A stretch of DNA of 63,845 nucleotides, filler included, from Ministeria vibrans ATCC 50519 (lineage: Eukaryota; Protista; Filasterea), in NCBI GenBank assembly GCA_943704425.1. It is 6 parts of 6 records of this genome, joined end to end, with 100 filler letters (N's around TTAATTAATTAA, not from the genome) between each part and the next. Parts side by side here need not be neighbours in the genome. Positions count along the whole stretch, not along the records: positions 30,947 to 51,498 come from CALSCP010000147.1; positions 51,599 to 54,495 come from CALSCP010001663.1; positions 54,596 to 56,885 come from CALSCP010000922.1; 3 more parts are not named here. One strand, written 5' to 3'. Positions within the stretch are counted from its first letter, which is position 1; each line of letters begins with the position of its first letter. Shown here one piece after another: positions 38,497-56,985 of this stretch. Made by a program: the position numbers and the translations under genes. The notes beneath the pieces are model-generated. The model was not told the origin of the DNA and did not search any database. It worked only from the letters and a program-made list of their open reading frames with translations.

Positions 38497-38648
38497 CCCC
38501 AACTTGTAATGCAAAAGAAAAAGAAGAAAAAAAACGAATACACAACGATACACATTGAAGTACGTAAAGTGTGCAATGTGTGCATATGCAATACAAGAAA
38601 ACCCCAACTCTCCATACCACCCCACACCCTGGGGGTACGAGAGCATAC

Positions 38649-40789
38649 TCAATCATCCTCATCGCTCTCATCACTGTCATTTCCCATCACATCATCGTCA
38701 TCCTCATCATCCTCATCATCGTCCCCAGTGCGGCGGGTGCTCACCCTCGCCTCTCCCTTGCCTCCCTTGCCCCCGTCCTCCGCCCGTCGCCCTGTCCGTC
38801 GTCGTGGCACCTTTCCGTGTATCCGTCCACTGAATGCCGTCTGCACCGCCTCAATATCCGTCAACTGGAAGATCTTCAACACTCCCTTTCCGCCCCCAAA
38901 CCCAACACAAAACGGCGTCTCGGGAGCACACGACAGCGAATAAATCGGTCCCTGCAAAAAGAAATTGAAAAATGAATAAAAAAAAATTTTAAAATAAAAA
39001 TAAAATAAAATAATATTAATAATAATAAGACGCCTATATTATTATTTTAAATTATCTTCATTTCTCTTCATATCTCTTACCACTTTGAATGAACGCGACG
39101 CAATAAACTTGGGCTGAGCCATATTCGCAACATCCCACACCTAAAGCACGAGTCAGTATAGTAACCCCACTTCGTGCACTTATGACTCGTGCATACCTTG
39201 ACATTGCGATCGGCACCGGCGGTGACGAGGCAGCCGTCGACGAGAGTGCTGGTCGCGACCGCCGAGCATGCGCCGCCCTCGTGTGCGCCAATGACCGCCA
39301 GTGGCTTGCCAGCCTGGCGTGCGTCTCCGACAACGACCGAGCCGTCGTCGCAGCCGACAAAAAAGCCCGAAGGTGATGTGGTGTCCCATGTAAGTGTCTC
39401 ACAGTCGCCCGGAAGCGACCAGGCATTCACCGAGTCGGGTGCACGCGTATCAAATACACACGCGCGACGGTCAAAGGCGCCCGTGAGCAGCACAGGCGGC
39501 TCGCTTGGACACCATGCCACCGACTGCACCTTGTCCTTGTGCACACTATCAAAGACACGCGCACATGCGAGCGTTTGCAAATCCCACAGTCGCACGGTGG
39601 AGTCGGCCGAGGCACTCGCAAGCATGTTGCGCGCATTGCGATTCCACGACAGCCCCAACACAGCGTCCGAGTGACCCCCGAGCACACCGGCCGACGGCGG
39701 CACAGTCGACTCCATCGACACCAACCCCGCCGGTCCACTGCTGCTGCTGCTGCTGCTGCTGCCCTTCTTGCCCTTCTTCGCCTTCTTGCCCTTCTTTGAC
39801 GCCTTCTCCTCGCTCCGCAGAGAGTACATGGGCTGCAGCGCATCGACCACGTCAAGATCCCACAGATCAATCGACGGCATCATCGACCCCACTGCTACCA
39901 GGTTGCCCGCGTGCTCTTCGCTCGGGTCAAAATCGAGCCACTCAACACAAAGCGGGAAGCCCGCCAGAAGCACCTCGTGATGCACATACGCATTGTGCTC
40001 CTGCGACTCGTACACGTACACGTCCAGGCGCGACGACTCCTCCTCCGTCTGCCCCACAACAATCATATTGTCGGTCGGGCGAATCGTAAAATCGTCAATC
40101 TCCGACGCGTCGTCGTCCTGATCCTAAGCAAAAAGAACAATACCTCGTGAGCAGCCTAAAGGCCACGATGCCAATGTACACTTCGTGCTTACGGGATCCG
40201 CAAGGGTAATGTAGGGATCGTCAGCATTGCTTGCGTAATAGGTGATGCCGCCCATGCCAGCTCCATCGAGAACCTGAAACGCACAAAGCGGCTCAGCACT
40301 CCCTCCACCCCACACACACACAACAAACACAACACCTCGCTTACTTGACCACCATCTTCGTCATAATCATCCAGATTTAAGTCGTCTGCGGCCCTTCCCG
40401 TGCCGTCCTACACACAACGCCCTTAGAGAGCAGTCCTCGCCTTTGACACTTACCATTTCGTCGCCACTCAGGTCCTCCCAGTCCTTCTCGTTGTCCTCGT
40501 CGTCCACAGCCATGTCTCCCATCTTCTGCTCCATCTCTCTACACCAACCGCAAGGGTAAGCGTTGCACACAGCAGCGGCACGCGTCAAGCGAACAATCGC
40601 ACGCCGAAAACGTCCTCGCCGCTCGTCTCGCCCCACACTCTCCACTCCCCTCACAGCGACACGCTCTGTCTGTTTCGGGTGCGCCACTGCCAATGCACCA
40701 CTGACGCCCCCCCTCTCCCCCCCACTTACTTGAGGTGCTCCCGCGCATCGCCGATCACTTCCTCGAGTACCTCACGCGACACTTCAATC
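38649..40789 (-). CDS. PWP1: Periodic tryptophan protein 1 homologue (WD40); start exon not confidently located
   Basis: DPYITL, LDVYVYE, YVHHEVLLAGFPLCVEWLDFDP, VAVGSMMPSIDLWDLDVVD, HSDAVLGLSWN, LASASADSTVRLWDL, HKDKVQ; acidic C-terminal tail. Confidence 0.92.
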
Positions 40790-40807
40790 TTTGGGATAGG
40801 TCACAAG

Positions 40808-40849
<42 letters not shown>

Positions 40850-41049
40850 AGAGAGAGAGAAAGAGAGAATATTAAGAGATTTCGACCGCCACGTCAAACG
40901 CACTGATTCCCTGCCCTAATGGCGCCTTTGTGCGCCCCTGCCTGCTCCACTCCTCCATTGTGACCGCCCCCGCATGCTCAATCGGCCCGTAGACGTCCGC
41001 AAACGGCGCAAGAAGCGATCGTGTAACGTTTTTTGGTTTTTCTCGATAG

Positions 41050-42981
41050 ATACTCGCTGAAGAACCCAACGACGCCGACGCACAGCAGGTGGGAGCAGTG
41101 GCGCTGGTGCATCTGCAACGCTTTGGCGAGGCGCTGGCGGTCCTGGACAGCCTGGACGGCGCGCATGCCGCCAACACAGCGTTTGTGCGTGCGTACACGC
41201 TCTACCGCCTGCAGCGCCTTGACGACGCCCTTGCCGCGCTCCAGGGCCTGCCGGAGACCGACCCCGCCCGCTGTGCGCTTGAGGCGCAGATTCGCTACCG
41301 TCTGGAGCAGTTTGACGCGGCGCTGGAGCTGATGCAACGCGCGGGCTCGACGGGACTGGTCTTTGAGCAGACGACCAACGTGCTGGCGGCGGCCGCGGCG
41401 GGGCTCAACACGCAGCTGGTGGAGTCGGCGCGCGCCGAGCGGCTTGAGGCGGACGGCGTCAATCAGTCGTGGGAGACGCTGTACAATGCGGCGTGTGTGG
41501 CTCTGGCGCGTGGTGACCTGGCGCTGGCCGAGTCGCGTCTCGATGAGGCCGAGACCATGTGCAAGGAGACGCTCAGCGAAGAAGGCTTCGACGAGGAGGA
41601 CATTGACGCGGAGCTGGGCGTTGTGATGGTGCAGCGCGGTGTGGTTGCGCACCGTCGTGGGGACACAGAGCGCGCACGTGAGCTCTACGCGAGTGTGCTC
41701 AAGGGCCGCCCGTCCGACGCGGCGCTCGTCGCCATCACCAGCAACAACATTATCGCTCTGCACGGCGACCGTGACCTCTTTGACTCGCAGAAAAAGCTCA
41801 AGGCAGTTGAGGCAGCGCACTCGGAAGAGACAGCGCGCCGTCTGACGCGCCGTCACCGCCAGGCCATGCAGATCAACACCTGTCTGGTACTGCTGTACAA
41901 GAGCCAGGCCAAGGTGGGCGGCGCGGGCAGTGAGACCTTCCTCGACGCTCTTGCCGCGTACACATCGCAGTTTCCCGACGACGCCGACACGGCTGTGCTG
42001 CTGCGTGCCGCCTATCTTGCCCGTGGCCACCAGATGCGCGAGGCTGCCGATGCAGTTGCCGCTCATGTCGCCAATAGCACGCACCCTTCCCTCCAAGTGT
42101 GTCTTACCCTCGCCCAGCTTGCTGTGCGCACGGGCGACATTCCACTCGCACAGTCTACCCTTGAGAAGATCTCCCCGGCCGACCGTGCACGGCCCGCCAT
42201 TGTTGCGGCCCGCGTGGCCCTGGCGGGTCCCGATGCCGGACTGGCACTGCTCCAACGCGAAACAGAGGCGGCCGTTGCCCAGTCAGCGCCCGCCACGCAA
42301 CGCCGTGCTCTGCAACACGCCCTTGCACGCATGTTCCTTGCCAAGGGCGCCCCACAAGAGGCCGCCAAGCAGTACCGCGCACTGTACAAGGACGATCCCG
42401 ACGACACACGCGCTCTTGCGGGTCTCATCTACGCCGATCCAGCCACCGCCGATCAGTACGCCGAGAGCCTTCCCGCCGGCGCTGGTCTGGAACTCCTCCC
42501 CGCGACTACGTGCGACCTCCTTGAAGTGTCCCTCCTCAAAATGCAGCGCAAGGACAAGGGCAAGCAGCCCGCAGCAGCCGCAGTCGCTGTCAAGGCAGCC
42601 GCACAGGCAGCCGCGGCTCAAGCAGCAGCCGCAGCAGCTCCGTCCACAGAGGACACCACTGCGACGACTGCAACCGATGACGAACCGCTGAAGAAGAAGA
42701 AGACGCTCAAGAAGAAACGACCGGGGAAACTTCCCAAGGGAGTGGACCCGGCCAATCTGGACCCGTCCAAGATTGACTCGCAGCGATGGCTGCCCATGCG
42801 CGAGCGGACCTACTACAAACGCACGGCCAAGGATCGTAAGCGCCAGGCGGCACTGGGACGCGGCGCGTCGCAGGGCACGACGGGCGAGATTGGCCGCATT
42901 GGGCCGCAGGTGTCGTCGGCCAATGTGCAGGCGGCAAAGAGCGCAAAGAAGAACAACAAGAAGAAGGGCAAAAAGAAGTAA
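41050..42981 (+). CDS. SRP72: Signal recognition particle subunit SRP72; first exon not located
   Basis: TPR-rich N-terminus (AYTLYRL, LEAQIRYRLEQF, ETLYNAAC, IDAELGVVMVQ) and C-terminal RNA-binding motif KKRPGKLPK...RWLPMRERTYY...GASQG. Confidence 0.93.
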   Translation: MLAEEPNDADAQQVGAVALVHLQRFGEALAVLDSLDGAHAANTAFVRAYTLYRLQRLDDALAALQGLPETDPARCALEAQIRYRLEQFDAALELMQRAGSTGLVFEQTTNVLAAAAAGLNTQLVESARAERLEADGVNQSWETLYNAACVALARGDLALAESRLDEAETMCKETLSEEGFDEEDIDAELGVVMVQRGVVAHRRGDTERARELYASVLKGRPSDAALVAITSNNIIALHGDRDLFDSQKKLKAVEAAHSEETARRLTRRHRQAMQINTCLVLLYKSQAKVGGAGSETFLDALAAYTSQFPDDADTAVLLRAAYLARGHQMREAADAVAAHVANSTHPSLQVCLTLAQLAVRTGDIPLAQSTLEKISPADRARPAIVAARVALAGPDAGLALLQRETEAAVAQSAPATQRRALQHALARMFLAKGAPQEAAKQYRALYKDDPDDTRALAGLIYADPATADQYAESLPAGAGLELLPATTCDLLEVSLLKMQRKDKGKQPAAAAVAVKAAAQAAAAQAAAAAAPSTEDTTATTATDDEPLKKKKTLKKKRPGKLPKGVDPANLDPSKIDSQRWLPMRERTYYKRTAKDRKRQAALGRGASQGTTGEIGRIGPQVSSANVQAAKSAKKNNKKKGKKK

Positions 42982-43163
42982 ACTAAGCGTTTTGTTTTTG
43001 TGTCATTTACTTTTGCCCGTGCGAGCGTGTCTGCTAGTTTTCTAGGAAACTTGACAGCGCAAAAGTCAGGGTTGTAAGAAGATGACAAAGTTGGTGTCCA
43101 ACACAAATCAATTATTAGCAGTTCTATTATGTGTCTCAGAATTATCCTCTGCCAAACAGCGCG

Positions 43164-43264
43164 CATCTTGACTCAGTTTGCATCTTGAATCAGTTTGCAT
43201 CTTGACTCAGTTTCTTCTTGACTCAGTTTGCATCTTGACTCAGTTTTCACCTTGACTCAGTTTG
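43164..43264 (+). repeat. Intergenic 17-bp tandem repeat (CATCTTGACTCAGTTTG) x ~6
   Basis: Read directly; head-to-tail copies with no spacers. Confidence 0.85.
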
Positions 43265-43464
43265 GCGTTTGCGATGAACTGTTTCACTCTGGCTGAAGAG
43301 GGAGGCTTCAAGCAGATGAGATCTCAGAAGTACATTAAACAAACTTAGTCAGCGACTGAGAGATGAGAAGAATCATAATTATTGGAACCCTGTAATTGCT
43401 TTCGTTACATTTTACATTATGCACATCTGCGTGAATTGCTATCAACCCCTTCCTTACTGACAAA

Positions 43465-48342
<4,878 letters not shown>

Positions 48343-48607
48343 GCCCAAGGAGAGAATAGATACAATATCGATATAATAATTAATATTGATTTTGAGTGAC
48401 AGAGTGACAAGTCAGTCGGTCAACACTCAACACAACTCATTTAACTCAAGTGACTTATTCTAACTAAGATCACGAAGCAGTCATATTCACATATAGAAGG
48501 AAATCGCAGAGCTGGCAGGCTACAGCTGGCGTGAGTGAGTGAGTGAGTGAGTGAGTGAGCGTGCGTGCGTGAGTGGACAAATGTCGGTGTCGACATGGAG
48601 CGAACGA

Positions 48608-49546
48608 ATGAATGTGCGCTGTTCACTCTTCTGGCGCAAAGAGCCTCTTCTGAAAGCCACCGGCACCGCAGCATGTGTTATTGTCTTGGTGGGCTTTGCT
48701 ATGGCCGTCGTTGGCGTCTCCCATCACACGTCTGAGGTATAATATTGTGTGTTATGTGTTAAATGAGTTTGAATAAGACAATTTGAGAGATAGAGAGAGA
48801 GAGTGAGAGAGAGAGAGATATTTGGAGTGTTTTGAGGACTGCCGCCTGTGTGAATGGGTGCGTATGTGTGTCATTGCATGTGTCATCGAGTGGACAGAGA
48901 CATAGACAGATGCAGTTAGAGAGTTTGGGGGCAAAAAAGATATTCGTCTTTTTTTTTTTTCTCTCTCTCTCTCTTTGCAACTCTATGCGACGCGTGAGAC
49001 TGAGATGACTCAGGTGTGGCAACAGTGGATACCACTGCGTGGGGGGTGGATATGTTGGCCGTGGGATGGAGCATTGAGCGTGGAATGTGACGAGAAACGA
49101 CTCAGACGCGATTTTGTGCACAGTGTTTTGGCAGCAGTGGACTTCCAGACGGCGTAGAGTGCCGGTACTGGCCGCAGGTGTGCCGGCATGGGCTGGAGGA
49201 CATTGGGTGCGACGACGACTGCTATGGCAGCGAGATTGTGGGCCTGAACAACGTCGAGTATTGCTATGGCTCGCAGAGGGGCTGTGTGGCGCTCAGCTTC
49301 CCTCTTGGCAGCACCATTGGTCCGTCTGTGAACCATTCGGTGCCGGTTGGGACCACTCTGCTGCCGTGTGGTCTCTCCATGACCCACAAGGCAACCCCGC
49401 GCCTCCTCTACGTCTACATTGGCTCGATTATCATGGCACTGGGGCTCCTTGTTTTCCCCATCCTCTTTTGTGCCTCCTTGAACTTCCGCAGAGCTCTCGA
49501 CGAGCGCGCAGAGTACAGCCGGTTACGCACAACTGACTCTTCATAA
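48608..49546 (+). CDS. Hypothetical two-TM membrane protein with Cys-rich loop
   Basis: Exon 1 has a hydrophobic helix (AACVIVLVGFAMAVVGV) and a GT donor at 48737. The last exon from 49124 is Cys-rich and ends in a helix LLYVYIGSIIMALGLLVFPILFC. Confidence 0.55.
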
Positions 49547-49612
49547 TCCTCTCCTCTCCCCTTTATTTTTACACACACTCTCTCTCACGCGCACCACAAC
49601 CGAACACATAAT

Positions 49613-49893
49613 ATTATATAATGTAACAATACACAATGGCTAGATTACAAAAATGGGCTCAGTCGATAATGTAATATGTTTTAGTTTACACAATGATTAA
49701 ATTACAAAAGTGGGCCTAGTTGGTAAAAATATTATATATAGTTTTGTTTTGACATTGAGCACAGCCTATTTATTTTTATATTATATAATGTAACATCTTT
49801 ACACAATATGAAAGTGGGCGCAGTCGGTAAAAATATTATATAATGTAACATGTCTACACAATGACTAGATTACAAAAGTGGGCGCAGTCGGTA
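49613..49893 (+). repeat. Four degenerate ~55-bp copies (ATGTAACA..TACACAATG..TAGATTACAAAAGTGGGCGCAGTCGGTA) overlapping the stop of the ankyrin gene
   Basis: Read directly from the sequence. Confidence 0.7.
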
Positions 49894-51147
49894 TGTCTCT
49901 CGTCCCGGTGGGTCCACTCGCGCATCACTCAACAGCAACTCTACCACCTCTGCGTGTTTGTTTCGATGAGCATAACGCAGCGAAGCGTTGTTCTGCGCGG
50001 CCGGGTCGACACGCGGATGGGCCAGCAGAAGTTTGACAATGGCTGAATACCCTGCGCTCGACGCACTGACAAGCGCATTGTTATTTAGCAACGACGGGTC
50101 GACACGCGGGTCGTCGAGGAGCATTCGGACGATCTCGGTGTCGCCGTGCACGCAGGCGGTGCGTATGGGGTAGCTGTTGGAGGCCGTGGGGTCGACACGC
50201 GAGTCGCGCAAAAGAAGCGCAACCAAGTCGGAACGGCCCTGGAAACACGCACTCGCAATCGCAATGTTGAACGCTACCGACGGGTCCGTACGACTGTCAA
50301 GGAGAAGAAGCTCTACCAAGTCAAAAAGGTGTCGCTCGCAGGCCAGCTCGAGGGCGACACCGTTGCGTGCGTTGGGATCAACGCGGGGATCGGCAAGCAA
50401 GAGCACGACGATCTCTGCTCGATTCTGTCGAACGGCATTTTCAAGTGCTCTACTGTCATTGTGCGTCGGGTCTGCCTGTCCATCGGTCAGAAGATATTTC
50501 GCAATATTGAGGTGGCCGTATTCAGCGGAGAGGGCGAGACCCTCGTCGCGCGCACCGGGTGCCGTGTGCTCAAGCAGTCGCCGGACAAGCTCAATGCAGC
50601 CCCCTCGCACCGCTTGCACGAAGCACTCGGTGGTCGACATGGCAGTGACATGCGCGCGCGGGTGGTGCAGCAGCAGCGCGACAAGGCCCGTGTGGCCCTG
50701 GTACGCCGCCGTCAGTCTGCTTTGCTTGCAGTACTTCGAGCGAACTTGCGTCTTTGCCAGAATCATCTCGACAATCTCAGCGCGCCCCAATCGACACGCA
50801 CACACCATGGCCTCTCCATAGTTGCATGTGGACGGGTCGGTGAACTGCAGCAGCGACAGGAGAATGCGACAGAGCGAGTTGGACGACGCAACCGAAATTA
50901 GACTTTGTACGCGAAAGGGAGACATTGTCTGGGGACATATCCACGCACACGGGGGTGGCGTGAGCCGCAGCAGACACTCCAAGGCCCTGACAGACTCGCA
51001 GCTGTCTGTGGCGTGCGCCAGAGTGCGAAATCCGTTTTGGGTCACAATGTCGCGCCACTCCCGACTCACCAGGCGCATTTCGCACGCCGCTAGTGGCGTC
51101 AGCCAAGCAACGATTTCGCATTTTACGTCGTAGCACAGCTTTATCAT
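49870..51147 (-). CDS. Intronless F-box-like plus ankyrin repeat protein (LLxDPRVDP-type repeats), 425 aa
   Basis: N-terminus LCYDVKCEIVAWL....MRLVSREWRDIV is F-box-like. Repeats LLADPRVDP, LLRDSRVDP, LLDDPRVDP, LLAHPRVDP, LLSDARVDP. Confidence 0.85.
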   Translation of the reverse strand: MIKLCYDVKCEIVAWLTPLAACEMRLVSREWRDIVTQNGFRTLAHATDSCESVRALECLLRLTPPPCAWICPQTMSPFRVQSLISVASSNSLCRILLSLLQFTDPSTCNYGEAMVCACRLGRAEIVEMILAKTQVRSKYCKQSRLTAAYQGHTGLVALLLHHPRAHVTAMSTTECFVQAVRGGCIELVRRLLEHTAPGARDEGLALSAEYGHLNIAKYLLTDGQADPTHNDSRALENAVRQNRAEIVVLLLADPRVDPNARNGVALELACERHLFDLVELLLLDSRTDPSVAFNIAIASACFQGRSDLVALLLRDSRVDPTASNSYPIRTACVHGDTEIVRMLLDDPRVDPSLLNNNALVSASSAGYSAIVKLLLAHPRVDPAAQNNASLRYAHRNKHAEVVELLLSDARVDPPGRETYRLRPLL

Positions 51148-52026
51148 GAAAAAGATTAAAAAAAATTGAAATATGTAATAATGTAAAGTTAGAAGAGAGC
51201 CAAAAGAGAGTTATTTGGTACAGGCTGAGAAGTGAGGAATGGTGGCCAGACTGTCTGCCCAGACACGCCATACGACTGTACAAGCCATCATCAGACAGAA
51301 AAGACACACATGAAAAAAATAACTTCCGACTCGACTTTTCTGTGATCATCAATTAATAAAAATTAATAATGAGAAATTGAGAATCGAATTTTAGTCTCAA
51401 CTCAGTTTCGTTTCTCGTTTCCTTTGGAGCACAGCAAACAGAGCCCGTGCGTGTGCACTGTCGTCCAAGGCCATACACCTGTGACCCCCGTACGCTCCNN
51501 NNNNNNNNNNNNNNNNNNNNNNNNNNNNNNNNNNNNNNNNNNTTAATTAATTAANNNNNNNNNNNNNNNNNNNNNNNNNNNNNNNNNNNNNNNNNNNNGC
51601 CTCAAGCCCATGCGCGTCATTGTTTCTTCCACGTTCAAGCCGGATCGCAGCACATTCTGACGGAAGTCCTGCCCATTCTGGTGCCATCCGGTGCGCTAGT
51701 AGCCGTTAACCCTAATCCTAACTCTAACCCAACCGCGCCAACCATCCACCACCTAATCCTTACACCTAAAAGGTATTTCGTGATTTGCAGGCGCTATCGA
51801 GCACAAAGGAACAGAACCCTGAGGCAGTTGCGCGCACAGGCTCTGTCTGTGCCTTCGTACACTTGTCTCAGGAGTGTATCAGTGGGTCTATGAAAAGCTC
51901 TCGGGATATTCCCGTCAAGTGGTCTATGGCGGAGGCGTTGCGTTGTTCCTTGTTCCGTGTCTTTTGTATTGTACGACGTACTGCATTCTGGCATTGAATA
52001 CATCGCTTTCGCTCTTTTAATTGGTT

Positions 52027-52119
<93 letters not shown>

Positions 52120-52264
52120 TCACTGTTGAACTCCCAGGCAAAACATTGTTGAGATCTTTCTCGCGCTCATTTCGGTGATGAAGGTACGAAGCACCACCCG
52201 CAAAAGGAGAATGGACAGGAAGAAACCCTTGACTGAGACTGTTTGCCCTTTTTTTTGAGGATAG

Positions 52265-52647
52265 AGTATGAGTGGTGATCCCGGGTGCCATTTCTACGCC
52301 TTTGCAAGTGCCCTCATGACCCTTTGGAAGACTGTCACCTACTTTGGCATTGAGTTCCTCGGTGGTTGGCCCGTAAGCGTCCCAGGCAAACCCTATTCGA
52401 CAACTGACTCCCCTCCTCTCGTTCACAGTACACTCACGGACACAATCTTCAAGAGTGGCTCACCTACTTCTTCATCCCGTACGACTTTTTACCGCTGCGC
52501 GAAAAGGAGACCCCAATGCACGTATGCACTAATGCTCTCTTGTTGATGTTTAGGTCCTTCTTCTGGATTGTGTTTCCCCTTCTCGTTCTGATGAGCACTG
52601 GTAGCGAAATTAGCGCAGCCCTCAAACGCAAAGTGAACACTAACTAA
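52265..52647 (+). CDS. EXPERA/emopamil-binding-like membrane protein, 3' portion
   Basis: AFASALMTLWKTVTYFGIEFLGG and last exon FFWIVFPLLVL...EI..ALK.K* resemble the EXPERA C-terminal half. Exon structure incomplete. Confidence 0.5.
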
Positions 52648-52775
52648 GATTCGCTAAAGCTATTTCCAAGTACACTTTCAGAGAAACCAATCGTGCACTA
52701 CATTGAAGATTGAACTGATCAATGACCAAAAAAAAATCACAATAATTATTATTATCAATTTATCCATCAACGAAA

Positions 52776-54495
<1,720 letters not shown>

Positions 54496-54621
54496 NNNNN
54501 NNNNNNNNNNNNNNNNNNNNNNNNNNNNNNNNNNNNNNNTTAATTAATTAANNNNNNNNNNNNNNNNNNNNNNNNNNNNNNNNNNNNNNNNNNNNAGTTT
54601 TTCAATTTTCACTATTATTCA

Positions 54622-56554
54622 ATGCACGTCAAACTCAAGTTCGTTGCCTCGCCCTGCATCGCGCAGGACGTGAACAAGTCGCGCCATGTCTGCCTCATCG
54701 GTCGCTCGGCGGACGTCATCGCGGCGATCCCCAAAGGTGCGTAGTCGTCCATCATTGCACACTCGTCCCAAAACACCGATGACACAAGAATTGTTTTAGC
54801 GAGCGCTGGGTTCCTCACGGAGGCGAATGCGCCGCTCCTGGCCAGCCTGGTGAGTCCCCTGAAGCCCTCGGCGGAGCACGGGGCCACGTCGTCAACGGTG
54901 CTGCCGACGTCGTTTGCCAGTGGCGCCACTGAGTCGACCGGCTCGTCGCGCTTCTCCTTTGCCATCACGCCCACCGTCGCGTCGCGCCACAACTCGCCGC
55001 TGCGAAGCGACGCCATTGACGAGCTGGTGCGTCGCCAGGTCGACGAGGCCGACAAGGTCGTGCGCGACGCCTGTCACTGTCTCGTGTACGTCCTTCCCGC
55101 GGGCGTCAAGCTGACGGCGACGGCGGTGGCTGTGTCCGCCGCCATTGCACGCGCCTTCCCCACCTACTCTCTTAAGAGCAGCGAAGACACGACACGCGAA
55201 GTGACTGTGTGTGTCAGCTTCTTTGACGTGAGCACAGGGGCGTTCCAGAGTGGCGCAGTGCTCGAGCAAGCGGCGGTCGTCGCCAAGGGCGTCCGTGCCG
55301 CGGCGGCCATGGTTGACGAGCCGACGAACAAGCTAAACACGAGCTCGTACCTGGCTGAAGTGCGCAAAGTGGTTGCAGAGCTGCAGAGCGAGGGCCACCC
55401 AGTGACTCTGGATGTGATTGAGGGAGAAGAGCTGCGCGAACGTGGCTTTGGCGGTATCTACGGAGTCGGACGCGCAGCGGAGCATCCGCCTGCCCTTGCC
55501 GTGCTCTCTTACACTCCTGCCGAGCCAGTGGGTGAGCCCGTTGCGTGGGTTGGCAAGGGTATTGTTTACGACACCGGTGGTCTTTCCATCAAAGGTACAC
55601 GTTTTGTTTTTAGAAATCTGTCCGCTTTTAATCACCCCCCTCCTCTCTCTATCACTTTGTTTCTCTCTCTCTATCACTTTGTTTCTCTCTCTCTATCACT
55701 TTGTTTCTCTCTCTCTATCACTTTGTTTCTCTCTCTCTATCACTTTGTTTCTCTCTCCCTCCCTCCTCTCCTTTTCTCCCTCCCTCCTCTATCTCTTGTT
55801 GGTCTCACACCGTATTATCCTCGTTAGGCAAAGATTCAATGCCTGGAATGAAGCGGGACATGGGCGGGAGTGCCGCCATCTTCCGTGCGTTTGAAGGGGC
55901 AGTGCGTCTGAAGCACCGTGGCACACTGCATGCGCTGCTGTGTCTGGCGGAGAACTCAGTGGGACCGCTGGCGACGCGCCCCGACGACATTCACACGCTG
56001 TACAGCGGTCGGACGGTCGAGATCAACAACACGGACGCCGAAGGGCGTCTTGTGTTGGGCGACGGTGTGTGGTATGCGGCACACGACCTCAACGTGTCCC
56101 TTGTTGTCGACATGTGCACACTGACGGGTGCGCAGGGCATTGCGACCGGCCAGCGCTTTGCGTCCATTGTCAGCAATCGTGACGCGGTTGAGGAGCGCGC
56201 CCTTGTCGCTGCAAAGCTCTCCGGCGACCTTGCCCATCCCATGCCATACTGCCCCGAGTTCTTCAAGAGCGAGTTCGCGTCTGTGGTCGCCGACATGAAG
56301 GTACATTCGATCTCTAAAAAAACAAAAGGACACCGCTACTCACTCCCTCGGCGTCTGTGTAGAATTCAGTCAAGAACCGATCGAATGCGCAGGTGAGCTG
56401 TGCGTCGCAGTTCATTGCGAACCATCTGGGCGACTGGCTCGACACCGGCGACTGGCTGCACATCGACATGGCTGCCCCTGCCCACCGTCGCGAGCGCGGC
56501 ACCGGCTATGGCGTTGCCCTCTTGCTCCAAATGTTTGTCCTTGCCGAAGAATAA
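54622..56554 (+). CDS. NPEPL1: M17 leucyl aminopeptidase, NPEPL1-like
   Basis: SRHNSP, GFGGIYGVG, WVGKGIVYDTGGLSIK, MPGMKRDMGG, CLAENSVGP, NTDAEGRLVLGDGV, WLHIDMA, RGTGYGV. Confidence 0.92.
55649..55755 (+). repeat. Intronic 22-bp tandem repeat (CTATCACTTTGTTTCTCTCTCT) x 5
   Basis: Read directly from the sequence. Confidence 0.88.
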
Positions 56555-56689
56555 ACCGATCGATTCATTTCTCCATCGCGATTAATAATAATTAGTCCGA
56601 TAATCGGATTCGAACTTGACAATTATCGACCTCTCTTTTTCTTTTCTTTTTCCTTATTCCACCCACGCGCATCAGATCATCAGACAACC

Positions 56690-56783
56690 ATGGCCTGGAT
56701 CGACATTCAACAGAACACCTTCACCAACTGGACAAATGACAAGCTGAAACCGCGCGACGTCAAAGTCGACGATCTCGTTGCCG
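56690..56783 (+). CDS. First exon of an actin-binding calponin-homology protein (filamin/gelation factor-like)
   Basis: MAWIDIQQNTFTNWTNDKLK matches the CH1 start W..IQ.NTFT.W.N..L; GT donor at 56784. Confidence 0.78.
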
Positions 56784-56985
56784 TACGTGCCATCGTATAC
56801 CTCGCCACACGCATCCTACGCTGATCCCGCCCCACCCCTGTCCCTCTTTCAAACGCCACTGTCGTTTTTTTCTTTCTTTTTTTTTNNNNNNNNNNNNNNN
56901 NNNNNNNNNNNNNNNNNNNNNNNNNNNNNTTAATTAATTAANNNNNNNNNNNNNNNNNNNNNNNNNNNNNNNNNNNNNNNNNNNN

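Noticed and set aside
42770-42815. SRP72 motif reads IDSQRWLP instead of the usual PDPERWLP
   Set aside because: The core RWLP.RER is intact; ordinary divergence.
43164-43264. Short direct repeats suggestive of a CRISPR array (also 37605-37815)
   Set aside because: Head-to-tail copies without unique spacers, no cas genes, eukaryotic context.
51705-51770. Telomere-like TAACCCTAATCCTAACTCTAACCC
   Set aside because: Short, degenerate and intronic; explained by branch-point-like CTAAC repeats.
51599-51997. Possible exon fragments at the contig start
   Set aside because: Splice signals are present, but I could not assign a frame or product.
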